From Planctomycetota bacterium (GTDB lineage: Bacteria > Planctomycetota > PLA2 > JAEUHO01), in the NCBI GenBank assembly GCA_965223505.1, contig CBDCWP010000040.1, positions 64,001-128,000 of the forward strand: a stretch of 64,000 nucleotides of DNA, in the 5' to 3' direction. The notes beneath the pieces are model-generated. The model made no database searches and was not told where the DNA came from. It was given only the letters and a program-made list of their open reading frames with translations. The translations under genes were made by a program, and so were the position numbers. Of the stretch, positions 48,819 through 58,520 are shown one piece after another. Position 1 is the stretch's first letter, and each line of letters begins with the position of its first letter.

Positions 48819-50963
48819 GTGCGCCCTCACATCCCTGTCTTCCTCGCACTCCTCGCGCTGCTCTCGACGGGAAGAGTCGGCTCGGCGGACGAGGACGCCG
48901 ACCACCTCAAAGCGCGAGTCAACGCGTTTCGGCCGTTGGTCGATGAAGCGCCCTGGACGGTTCGAATCGATCCGCTACCGGCAAGCGTCGTCAGGGAGCA
49001 AGCGCAGCGCGCGCCAAAGTCCAAGCGCAAGAGTTATGGAAAGGGGTTTATCGCGGGTTACACGCTGAGTGCCGAGATCCCAGGTGAGGAGGCAAGCGTC
49101 GAGGGGCTCGCCATGCGCTTCGATACGCCGAAGAACGCGGCAGCGTTCGTAGAGCTCGAGCGGGAGATCTTCAGGGGCGAACGCAGCACCAAGGACGTCA
49201 AGATCACCACGCGGACCTTCACGCCGAAAGCCGGCGTGAACGGCACGATCCCTGGCTTCTTTCTCAACCGAGTCATGGACTTCGGCGGCGGACTGACGCT
49301 CGAGCTTCGCGCGCACTTCATCCACCGAGAGCACTACGTCGCGGCATTGATCGTCACGGACGCGCCTCAGGTCACGCTCGCTTCGCAGCACGACGCGATT
49401 GCTAGAGTCGATTCGCTCCTTGTTGATCCGACCAAGGTGCGAAAGCGCTCAGCGCCGGACACAGCCGCGGGCAAGGAGAATGACGTCCGGCGCGCGATCC
49501 GAGACCTCGCTCACACCGAGGCCTCCAAACGCGCCGACGCGGCGATCCTGCTCGGCGAACGTTTCCCAGAGGGCGCGATGGCCGTTCCGTTGCTCGAAGT
49601 GTGCCTTCGTGACGAGGACAAACGCGTCCGAGAGGCGGCCGCACAGGCCATCTCGGCGCTCGCAACTGCCGCAGCCCCGGTTCTCGCCGAGTTCCTGTCC
49701 GACACAGCGCATCAGCAGAATGTCGCGTTCCGCAAGGCGCTGGCCTTGCTGCGCGAGCTCGGAGCGCACATCACACCCTTTGATCTCGACAAGGTCGAAG
49801 GGCGGGCCGCGAGAGCTGCTCGGCTGTGTCTGGCGCCGCCCGAGCGGGACGCGACCCTCGCTCGCCACGTCCGACCGCTGACGCGAGAGATCCTGGCATC
49901 CGACGCGGGCCTTTTCGCACCTGACCATACGGTTGACGAGCAATCCAAGATCGCGTGCGCCGCGCTGGCGCTCTTCGGGCTGGACGCGCTGCCGCAACGA
50001 CCGGCGTTGCCGGAACCGGGCGGCCTCATGAAGCTGCTCGCACATGGTGATCCCGATGTGCGCTGGGCTGGCGTTCAGCTGGCCCGCATCGTTGGTAGTG
50101 AATCGTCCAAGGTGCGTGATGCTGTACAGAAGGCAACAGGCGCCGGCGGGCCCCCTACGTTGCGGCTTAGGAAGGGTCTGACGGAGTTGATCGAGAGTCT
50201 TCCGTCTGCGAATGACGATCCTGATGACTACAACCCGTACTCGCTGCCCGTGACCATCGAAGACTTGGCAGCCCTCGGCAAGAAGGCGGGGCCCGCGCTC
50301 CCGCGCCTGCGCCAGCTCTACGTGATTACGAGGAAGCATGAAGGCCACGTCGCATCGGGACTCGACCTGTCCATCGGTGGTGCCATCTGCCAGATCGCCG
50401 GCCCGAGCAAGGAGTATCTCGATCCTCTCATCGAAGCGCTCGCCGACGCCTCTGCCGACCGATACAGCAAGGAGGGTGCGCGGGGCGCGAACGCCGCGTG
50501 GTGGCTCATTAATATAAATTGGGACGCGGTACCTGAGGCAACTCGCAGGCGGGCTGGCAAGGCTGCTTCAGCGGCGCTCGAGACGGACGCCACTGGGCTG
50601 CAGGGGTGCATCCTCGCGCTGCTCGTCGCATTGGGAGACGCAGCCAAACCGGCGGCAAGTCGAGTCGGGACGGTATTAGGAGAGGCCGACGTCCGGTATC
50701 ACGAACTCGTTGATGAAGTACGGAAGGAGGGTCGATTCGTCGAAGGCCCCGGAGCGGTCAACGCGATCTTCGTTGCTCGGACACTCGCTTTCATCTCGGA
50801 AGTTGCGATTCGTCATCGCGCCATCCACGTCCTTGCGAACTGCGCGCCGCACCACGCCGCGACGCGTGCGTTGCTAGTGGGCTACACCGAGGGCAACGAT
50901 CCGCTGCTGGCGTGTGAGGCGGCGGCCGCGTTGCGTCTCGTGGGAAACGCCAACGAACGCTGA
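48819..50963 (+). CDS. Secreted HEAT-repeat protein
   Basis: GTG start then signal peptide; HEAT motifs DEDKRVREAAAQAI, GDPDVRWAG, ALGDAAKPA. Confidence 0.65.
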   Translation: MRPHIPVFLALLALLSTGRVGSADEDADHLKARVNAFRPLVDEAPWTVRIDPLPASVVREQAQRAPKSKRKSYGKGFIAGYTLSAEIPGEEASVEGLAMRFDTPKNAAAFVELEREIFRGERSTKDVKITTRTFTPKAGVNGTIPGFFLNRVMDFGGGLTLELRAHFIHREHYVAALIVTDAPQVTLASQHDAIARVDSLLVDPTKVRKRSAPDTAAGKENDVRRAIRDLAHTEASKRADAAILLGERFPEGAMAVPLLEVCLRDEDKRVREAAAQAISALATAAAPVLAEFLSDTAHQQNVAFRKALALLRELGAHITPFDLDKVEGRAARAARLCLAPPERDATLARHVRPLTREILASDAGLFAPDHTVDEQSKIACAALALFGLDALPQRPALPEPGGLMKLLAHGDPDVRWAGVQLARIVGSESSKVRDAVQKATGAGGPPTLRLRKGLTELIESLPSANDDPDDYNPYSLPVTIEDLAALGKKAGPALPRLRQLYVITRKHEGHVASGLDLSIGGAICQIAGPSKEYLDPLIEALADASADRYSKEGARGANAAWWLININWDAVPEATRRRAGKAASAALETDATGLQGCILALLVALGDAAKPAASRVGTVLGEADVRYHELVDEVRKEGRFVEGPGAVNAIFVARTLAFISEVAIRHRAIHVLANCAPHHAATRALLVGYTEGNDPLLACEAAAALRLVGNANER

Positions 50964-50970
50964 CGAGATG

Positions 50971-51345
50971 CTACAAACGCTCTTCTCTTGTATCTCGTAG
51001 TCGGTCCAGCTGTCGATGCGTTTTTCTTCTCGAGTTCCAACTCCCGAAAGCATCCACGATTGCAGGCCAGTTGTCCTGAACTACTGCGATTTGCTCATTG
51101 AACGAGAGGTAGTCATTACCCGGCCCAACGAGCAGGTCTCGCAGGAGAGCTGGGTCGTACCACTCCTTCGGCTTCTTCGCATCGGCGACAGCGACAAACC
51201 GCTCACCCATTTCGTCTCCAATTTGGACGGCGACGACCGGTCCGGCATAAACGTCGTCCTTATAGAGACCCTCGCGGGCCTGGCTCCTGTGACGGAGACC
51301 CATTCGCTTGAGGAACGCCACGAATTCGACTGGCTCGAAGTTCAC
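50971..51345 (-). CDS. Putative immunity protein
   Basis: 124 aa; AGGAGG RBS overlaps the stop of the upstream toxin-like gene; EWYDPALLRDLL core. Confidence 0.6.
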   Translation of the reverse strand: MNFEPVEFVAFLKRMGLRHRSQAREGLYKDDVYAGPVVAVQIGDEMGERFVAVADAKKPKEWYDPALLRDLLVGPGNDYLSFNEQIAVVQDNWPAIVDAFGSWNSRRKTHRQLDRLRDTREERL

Positions 51346-51355
51346 GATTGGCCTC

Positions 51356-54300
51356 CTAAGGTGGTGGGTTCATTCCGTTTCGCGTACGAACGTAGCCGAG
51401 TTCCTCGAGCCACTTCACCTCTTTTCTGACCCAGGCTGTCGGACGTGCTTTCTTCAACGGTTGTAGGAAGACAACTCGCTCGCGACGCGCAGCTGTTTCT
51501 CGGATGAAGTTCCGAAGCAGTGCCGTCCGCTGCTCACCTGTCAGTGCTCTCCACTTCGTCTGGGAGACTCGGAAGTGGCGGGCGCCAGTTGCGCGGGCCT
51601 CAACGGCCCAGTGCCGTCTCGCTGAACCGAGTACCGTAACGCCGGACTTCGTCGGCGGCGTCGGCGAAACTGGCCGCGGCCCACCAAGTTTGAAGTCCCA
51701 GGGATTCGCGGTTACTGGAGGCTTGGACGCATAGACATGACCGGCGGCTAGCCTGACGTCCAGGAACAACCCCCAAGCCTCGAGCCCCCCCAGCAGGATG
51801 CTGTAGGCCGAACTCACGAGCTCGTTGAGCTCCTTGGAGAAGGTGAGGGCTCGCTCGATGTCACCCAGCGACTTGGTGATCTCCTGCTGCACCAGACCAT
51901 TCGGATCAAGCGCGAGGTGCGCCGCTGGATCGTCATCGAGCAACGCGGCCTCGAAGCCTGGGTGCAGCATTCGATCCAGTTCCAGGCTGATTCTGTGCGC
52001 GTCAGCCGTCAGGTTGTCGTACATCGAGACGCCATGGCGTCCGTATGCACCTGACGGCCCGAAGATCCTGAGCGACTCCTGCGCCACGATCTCAAGCGAC
52101 GCGTGCACCGAGTAGAGCTGCGCGGCACGGGTCAGTAGAGCGGACTTGGTTCTCAGCGTCTCCAGGTCTTCGAGGAGGCGATCACAATCGCCGACGTTGC
52201 GCCCCCGCTCCAACGCCGATCGTGAGTCGAGCTCGATCCCCAGAAGAGACTGCCGGGCCGAGCCGATCCGCTGTGCAATCGGGGTTGCCCAACGCGCCTT
52301 GGCAGCACGCTGGACTGACTGAATCGGAAATCCGCCCTCGTTCGGATTGAAGAGCCCCTTGTGTTGCGCGGCGCCTCTAGGCCGCTGCCGTCTAACATGG
52401 CGGGCGTCGGCGGCTCTGCCCTTGAGCCTGTCCTCGAGTCTCGGTGCGGCCGCAGCAGCTTGCTCGAGCGCCGACGAGGCATCGCTGATCGCGGTCGCCG
52501 CTTCGTTCAAAGAAGCAAGCAGTTGACTCGCCTCCAGCCAGGCGCGCTCACATGGATCAGACGTTTCGTCGAGTCGCTGGAAGTCCGGAATCGGATCGCC
52601 ACCGCCTTCGGGCACTACTGTCGGCAGCCGCCGGGGCTCTTCCCGACGGTCTCTCTTCCGTTGCTCTGCGTACTCGATGCGCGCTTCGGCCCCTGCCCGC
52701 TCGGCGTCCGCAACGTCCGTCTCAAGCTCTCGGATCTCGGCATCGAGTTCCGCCCGGCGTGCTCCGGTTGTACCCAGATTCGCCTCCAACGTCCGGTCGA
52801 TGATGCCGAGCTTCGCCTCGTACTTCTTTTCGATCAGGGAGCGTTCCTTCCCGACGGGGCGACCCGTCCTCCGTCGCTCATCCCGAAGCTGCTGGAGCTC
52901 TCGCTCGAATGAACTGAGAGTCGCCTCTAGCGATGAGATTGCACGAATTCGAATCAAGATTTCGTTCTGCAAACGCTCCTTCTCGCGACGAAGCCGAGCG
53001 AGCTCAGCCTCATGCCCTGCGGTGAGTGTCCGGCGACCTTCAATCTGCGCGATTCGATGCATCGTCTCCTGGAGTTGAGCGCGAGCCTCGTCGAGGTTCG
53101 TCTCTTCCTCGGCGATCCGCTCTCGAAAGGCATCGCCAACTCGGCGCTCGGCCAGGAGCTGTCTCGCCAACCCGCCGAGCTCGCTCGGCACGCCAGGCGG
53201 CCCAGGCGTCCTCTGAGTGCCATCGGGAGCTCGCATCTGTCTGCTGGCGGGGGCGTAGCGACCAACGCCCATGAGACCCAGTCTTCTGTCAATCTCCGCG
53301 AGATCATCGACGAGTTGGTTGACTCGCGCCTTGTCAGATGTCTCTTGGATCGCTTCAATCACGCGGTTCCGCGCCCGCCCCAACTGCTGCGCATCCGGAG
53401 GCAGGACGGCTGCCTCCTCCAGCTTCAGCACCGGTTGTGCTAGCGGGATGGCTGCAGGAGCGATGGCCGGCGATCCGACCGCGGGAAGCGAGGGCAGCCT
53501 CGGCACGAGCGGCGGGAGCCCTTTGAACGCCGCCGCGCCACCTGGGTTCGGAAGCGCGTCGCTGACATTGGCCTCCACCCAGTGCTCGAGGACACCGAGG
53601 TGCCGCAGCTGCTGCTCGACAAGTCCGATCCGCCGGTCGACGCTCTGTATCTCCCCCTGAAGATCAGCGCGGCGCTTCTCGCCCCACGTCGTTCGGCGTT
53701 TGTACTCGAGCTTGGCCTTCTCACGACGCAACTCTGCAAGGGCCGCCCTCGAACTCCGAACGCGCTCCTGATCCCGCCGGGGCACTGCTTCGTCTCTGGA
53801 GCGCCAAAGTGCATGGGTAGCCTCGTCGATCTGCGCCAGCAGGTTCGCGTACTGGGCCCTGGCCGCAAGCACCGCGTCGACACTCGAGTCCGGATCATTG
53901 ATCGTAAGAAGAGCGAACTTCGCCAGCTCTTGAAGTTCGCGGAGTCCTTCCAGGTTCTCTCTGACGTCGGGGTCGTCATCCCCTTCGATGGCACGATCCC
54001 CCCGCCCTCCGTACAGCTCTTTGACCTGAGCGGATGTCAACTGCCCATACGATGCGATCTGCAGGTTCGACTGTGCTTGATCGATTCCGTTGTTGAGCTG
54101 GCCGATCTCAGCGTCAATCCTCGCCTTTCGGTCGGGATTCGCTGTGTGTCTCTTCTTGTTCTCGAGGCGCTTCCGCCTTCGCCTTAGATCAGCGACCTTT
54201 GCGCTGTTGTACCTTCGAGCTCCGGCAGCACGCGCGTTGTTGAGAGCCTTCATCGCAGCGTTGCGCTTCCGTTGCGCCTTCTGGGCGGCAGCGAGCGCCT

Positions 54301-55809
54301 TGTCGTATTTGGCTTTGCTTCCTTTGCCTTCGTTGAGCTTCTCGCGCTCCTCCGCTTCTCGCTGTATGGCGTCGTACAACTCGTTGTCGCGCTTGATAAG
54401 ATCGTCAACGGCCTTCTTGACCTTGGGGTCCTTTTCGAGAGCGCGCTCAGTCTCCTCGTCGTACCTGTCGTACTGGTCGTCGTACTTGTCTACGAGCTTA
54501 GGTGGCTCGATCTGTGCTAGGAACAGCGGCGGCGCCGTGGGCACGCCAGCCGCTTCTCGACGCGCGAAGACTTCTTCGATCATTCGCGCCGCACCCGGCC
54601 CCCGGGTCGTCTCGGTCGAGTCCCCGTCGCGCTCGCCTCTGCTTTCCCCTGGCGGCGGAGGAGGAGGTGGCGGGGCCGATGGTGCCTGGGGTGCGTACTC
54701 CCGCTCGGGCGGCGCGCCGCCGGGTGGCGTCGCCGGCCGGGACGGCTCCTCGCCGTGAGGCGGACGCATCGCCGGAACGACGACCTGAGGTGTGGGCGAA
54801 GCGGGAGGTCCAGGCGGTTTCGGCGATCCCTTGCCACGCCCCTCTCCAGGGAACCGCGGGACGCCACACTGCCATGGTGTCTCATTGAACGGGTACGGCA
54901 ACGGGTAGCTCGGAACGTAGTCCGCATCGAGCCATCGACCACTCTCATAGTCGGGCTGCGGCACCGGTAGCCACGGATACGGATACGGACATCCCCGCGG
55001 GAGGTCCCGCTGCGCAACCCAGGCGTAGTCCCCCAAGGGCCTCGGCTTCGTTGGAGGCCCGTAGAGCGACTCCATTGGAAGCTGCAAGAGCTCGTCCACC
55101 GAGCCCTCTCCAGTCAGGGCGCGCCCGAGAGACGTCTGTCGAAACGCTTCGTCGCGTTGCCGCTGAAACTCGGCCTCCCGCTCTTCGAGCTCTCGGTTCG
55201 ACGCGCCGATCGGTTGACTGTCGGTCCCGCCGATGACGGTGTAAGGCTGCCTGGCATCGGGCAGCGGCGTTGGCACTTGCACCCATCGATACTGCCAGCG
55301 GCCAGGATCCGCGTCGTCCATGTAGGCCTGCAGATGGCGGCCAGCCTTCGCGAGTTGCCGGATCTCATTGTGAGCCCGCTGTTGTGGACTTCCGAAGCGG
55401 GCGTGAACGCCCGGTGCGATGTCGTACACCTTGCGGCGCGCGTTCCACCGAAGCAGTCCGTCTTCGATGACCTGCGGCGGAGTAGCCACGGATCCCCAGC
55501 TCGGATCGAACTGAGTGATCTCATGCAGGCGCGAACGCTGCGGCGTGCTCGGCGCGTTTCCCCAGGGCTGGCGCAATCCGGGTGACACGCCGCCTCCAGG
55601 TCCCAAGAGTCTCCCGTTCCCCAGCTCGGATCGAACTGAGTGATCTCATGCAGGCGCGAACGCTGCGGCGTGCTCGGCGCGTTTCCCCAGGGCTGGCGCA
55701 ATCCGGGTGACACGCCGCCTCCAGGTCCCAAGAGTCTCCCGGCAGCGTACGGATCGAATTCCGGCCGACTCGCAACGTCTCGGACGTAAGGGTTGAAGAC
55801 ACTCGGCAT
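51356..55809 (-). CDS. Large Pro-rich/coiled-coil protein with polymorphic-toxin-like C-terminal domain; frame broken at a 125-bp duplication
   Basis: ATG 55809 coupled (TGATG) to the upstream gene; frames 55114..55809 and 51356..55606 join at the duplication; distinct basic C-terminal ~95-aa domain. Confidence 0.7.
55493..55741. repeat. Tandem duplication, two identical 124-bp copies, period 125 bp
   Basis: 55493-55616 equals 55618-55741; encodes GRLLGPGGG...HEITQFDPSWG twice. Confidence 0.92.
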
Positions 55810-56651
55810 CAGTAAGCCTTCGGGTCGATCGATTCCACGCTACTCAGCAGGCTTCTGACGCGCCGGTTGTACTCGGCCCAGGTTTCGTCAGGTCGCTTCT
55901 CCGGTCGCCTGAAGGTCGCCAGTTCAGAGGCCGGTGTCGGGGGCTGCAGCCCGTATGGCCGCACTTGCGTGCGAACGACACCCGGAGGCGAGAAGCTCGC
56001 TTGCTGCGCATGCACCATCCAGCGCTCGGCGTCGGAGAGGCCCTTCTCTCGATACATCTGCCGTTGATACGCGCCGCCGACCGGACCCGCGGTCGATGCG
56101 GAAGGGCTCGAGTAGCCGATAGGTGCTCCGGACGTCGCGTCGAAGGGCTGGCGGCGGGGCGTGACGGAACCGCCGTACGCCCCACCGACCGGATCGAACG
56201 ACGAAGGCCCTTTACTTACGGCATGCAGCGGTTCATACGCTGTCGAAGAGGGCCCGGGACTCGGCGCTGTGCGATGTTTCAAAGAGGCGACGCTGCGCCG
56301 CTCGCCATAGTAGGCGTCCTGAGGTCCGTACGAAGCCGCGATTGGGAGAGCTCTGTACGCATCCTCCATCGGCGTCGGCGGTGGAATGTACGGCTGCACG
56401 CTGCCTGGTCCCTGCGCGAGGTTCGCACGCGCTTGTTCGAGGAACCCAACGGCGCGAGCGGCTTCCTGAAGCTCACGGAGACTCTGCTCTCGGGACTGGA
56501 GGTACTCAGGCTCGGGAAGCGCTGCCTGCCCGCCTTCACCCTCGGGAAGCATCTCGGTCGTCTGAGCGTACCCAAGCGCGAGTTCGTCGCCCAGGCCGCC
56601 GAACGGGAGCGGAAGTCCGGCTTCCGTTGAGGAGACGTAGTTTCTCGGCAT
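55809..56651 (-). CDS. Low-complexity Pro/Ser/Tyr-rich hypothetical protein
   Basis: 280-aa ORF with GAAGGA RBS; FDPVGGAY/GPVGGAY repeats; C-terminal RPDETWAEYNRRV. Confidence 0.65.
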   Translation of the reverse strand: MPRNYVSSTEAGLPLPFGGLGDELALGYAQTTEMLPEGEGGQAALPEPEYLQSREQSLRELQEAARAVGFLEQARANLAQGPGSVQPYIPPPTPMEDAYRALPIAASYGPQDAYYGERRSVASLKHRTAPSPGPSSTAYEPLHAVSKGPSSFDPVGGAYGGSVTPRRQPFDATSGAPIGYSSPSASTAGPVGGAYQRQMYREKGLSDAERWMVHAQQASFSPPGVVRTQVRPYGLQPPTPASELATFRRPEKRPDETWAEYNRRVRSLLSSVESIDPKAY

Positions 56652-56696
56652 CGTCAGACCTCGATTCCTTCAAGGGACTCGTGTGAACGAGGTGTT

Positions 56697-57608
56697 CTAC
56701 GGCGTCACGTCGCTTAGCCGGATCAGCGAACCCGGCGACAGAGTCGCGAAGCCGATGTTGAGCTCCAGGTCCGCGTACAGCAGGTCCGCTTCCGCCGAAG
56801 TCCGGTGCGGACCGTCCACGCGGATGCCGGCACCGGTGTCTTCGTTGTAGAACCACACCAAGCCGCCGAACTGGGGCTCGTCGTCTCTGGGACCGAGGAT
56901 CGTCAGGTACACGGACGTCGTCGTTGCCGTCTCGGTGTCGGTGATGAAGTCCGACACGAGCACCGGCACGCCCATGTAGCACGCGACCGGCAAACCGAGG
57001 ATCGGGTCCGGCTTGACTTGCGGCGTGAAGCCGGAGGCGTGGCAAAGCGCGGTGAACGCGCTGTACTGGCCGCGGTTCATCACGAACGCGCGCGGCGTGC
57101 CGCCATCCCACGGGTAGAGCGCCTCGATCATCGAGTCCAGGTGCGCCAGCGTCAGCGCCCCGGCCGCACTGATCGTCTGCGCGGCCTCGACCAGCGTCTC
57201 GAGTCCCGCCGGCTCGTCCGTGACGTTGTCGCCATAGATGAGCTTCTCACCTACGGTGTTCCACATCGCGATCATCTTCTCTTGGATCTGCTGCTCGAAG
57301 ACGTCGTTGATCATGCTCACGTTCTGAGCGATGTCGCCGGTGACCTCGACCTTGGCGGCGATGCGGCGAAGCTCGAACTTGCGCGCCGTCGAGTCGTAGG
57401 TCGTCGCCGAAGCGTCCGCGTTACCGCCGGAGTCGATGAAGCTGGCCGTCGCCAGTGTGTCAACCTCGGTGCACTGCAGGCTGTCGCCGCGCACCATCAC
57501 TTTCGGAACCCTTGGCAGGAGCTGATCCGAGTTGTTGTTGACGAGGTACGCGCCGAGTACCTGCGGATGCGAAAGCAGTAGTGCTTGTGCCTTGGTGACG
57601 GAGGTCAT
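56697..57608 (-). CDS. HK97-fold major-capsid/encapsulin-like shell protein (shell A)
   Basis: AGGAG RBS; motif order LLPRVP, RKFELRRIAAKVEV, EKLIYGD..GL, LTLAHLDSMI, AFVMNR, YMGVPVLVSDFI, TSVY as in SrpI/family-2 encapsulin-related phage capsids. Confidence 0.78.
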   Translation of the reverse strand: MTSVTKAQALLLSHPQVLGAYLVNNNSDQLLPRVPKVMVRGDSLQCTEVDTLATASFIDSGGNADASATTYDSTARKFELRRIAAKVEVTGDIAQNVSMINDVFEQQIQEKMIAMWNTVGEKLIYGDNVTDEPAGLETLVEAAQTISAAGALTLAHLDSMIEALYPWDGGTPRAFVMNRGQYSAFTALCHASGFTPQVKPDPILGLPVACYMGVPVLVSDFITDTETATTTSVYLTILGPRDDEPQFGGLVWFYNEDTGAGIRVDGPHRTSAEADLLYADLELNIGFATLSPGSLIRLSDVTP

Positions 57609-57645
57609 TCTCTCTTCTCCTCAATGGGGACGTGTCGAAGGCACG

Positions 57646-58509
57646 TCAACAAACGACTTCTTGACGGCGTGGGATCCAGCGGAAGCTCCAGCCCGAGCCG
57701 TCATTCGGCTTGTAGGGCTGAAGCATCTGTCCCTGCTCGTACCGGGGCGCGACGCGATGGAACCACTCCATCAGCGCCGGCTCCTCCTGCGCGACGAACA
57801 CCGGGTGCATCGCCGCGGGCGAGAAACGGTAGGCGCCGAGCGTCGGATCGAACTGCATGACGACGCCCTGGTACGTAGCGGGCGGCTGCCCCCAACTCGG
57901 ATCGAAGCCGTTGACGATGCAAACGGCCTGCGAGGCGGGAAGCGGTGCCAGGTATTGACGTGTCGGCTGGATCGGCGTCGAAGGAAGGGCCGACGAGGGA
58001 TCGACCAGCCCTGCGTTGTCGAACGGGGCACCCTGAGATCCGTATACGGCCTGTTCGGTGAGCTGAAGCGGAAGCAGGCCGTAGGGCTCGCGATACGCCT
58101 CACCGGGCCTCGACACAGCGGCGAAGTTCGATCCGATGCGCGCGGGCACGGACGGACGCGCTCCGATGGGGTCAACCGTGGCACTCGGAGTCGGAATCTG
58201 TCCGTTGCCGCCCGACCCGATCGGGCCGGGGTGCGGCGATGACGTGAAGTCGTTGGCCCCTGCGCCCAACGGAACGTCGAAGTCGCTGGTCGGTCGTGAC
58301 GGCTGCGGGTGCCAAGAACGCGCAACGCCCGACCCGCCCTGATCGATCGCGAATCCGCGTTCGTCGAACTGGCGCTCTTGGCGTGAGGTCCCGAGCGAGC
58401 CGTCCAGGTCGAGTGGCGCGCCATCAAGCGAGGTGAACGCCCCCTGGCTGTTGATCACGAAGGGCCCGCAGGACCGACAAGCACAGGCAGCCTTGCTCTT
58501 GCACGCCAT
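57646..58509 (-). CDS. Pro-rich protein with Cys-rich N-terminus and C-terminal FDPSWG domain
   Basis: MACKSKAACACRSCG start; disordered middle; C-terminal domain resembles the N-terminal part of the large toxin-like protein. Confidence 0.7.
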   Translation of the reverse strand: MACKSKAACACRSCGPFVINSQGAFTSLDGAPLDLDGSLGTSRQERQFDERGFAIDQGGSGVARSWHPQPSRPTSDFDVPLGAGANDFTSSPHPGPIGSGGNGQIPTPSATVDPIGARPSVPARIGSNFAAVSRPGEAYREPYGLLPLQLTEQAVYGSQGAPFDNAGLVDPSSALPSTPIQPTRQYLAPLPASQAVCIVNGFDPSWGQPPATYQGVVMQFDPTLGAYRFSPAAMHPVFVAQEEPALMEWFHRVAPRYEQGQMLQPYKPNDGSGWSFRWIPRRQEVVC

Positions 58510-58520
58510 GGTTTCGGGTC

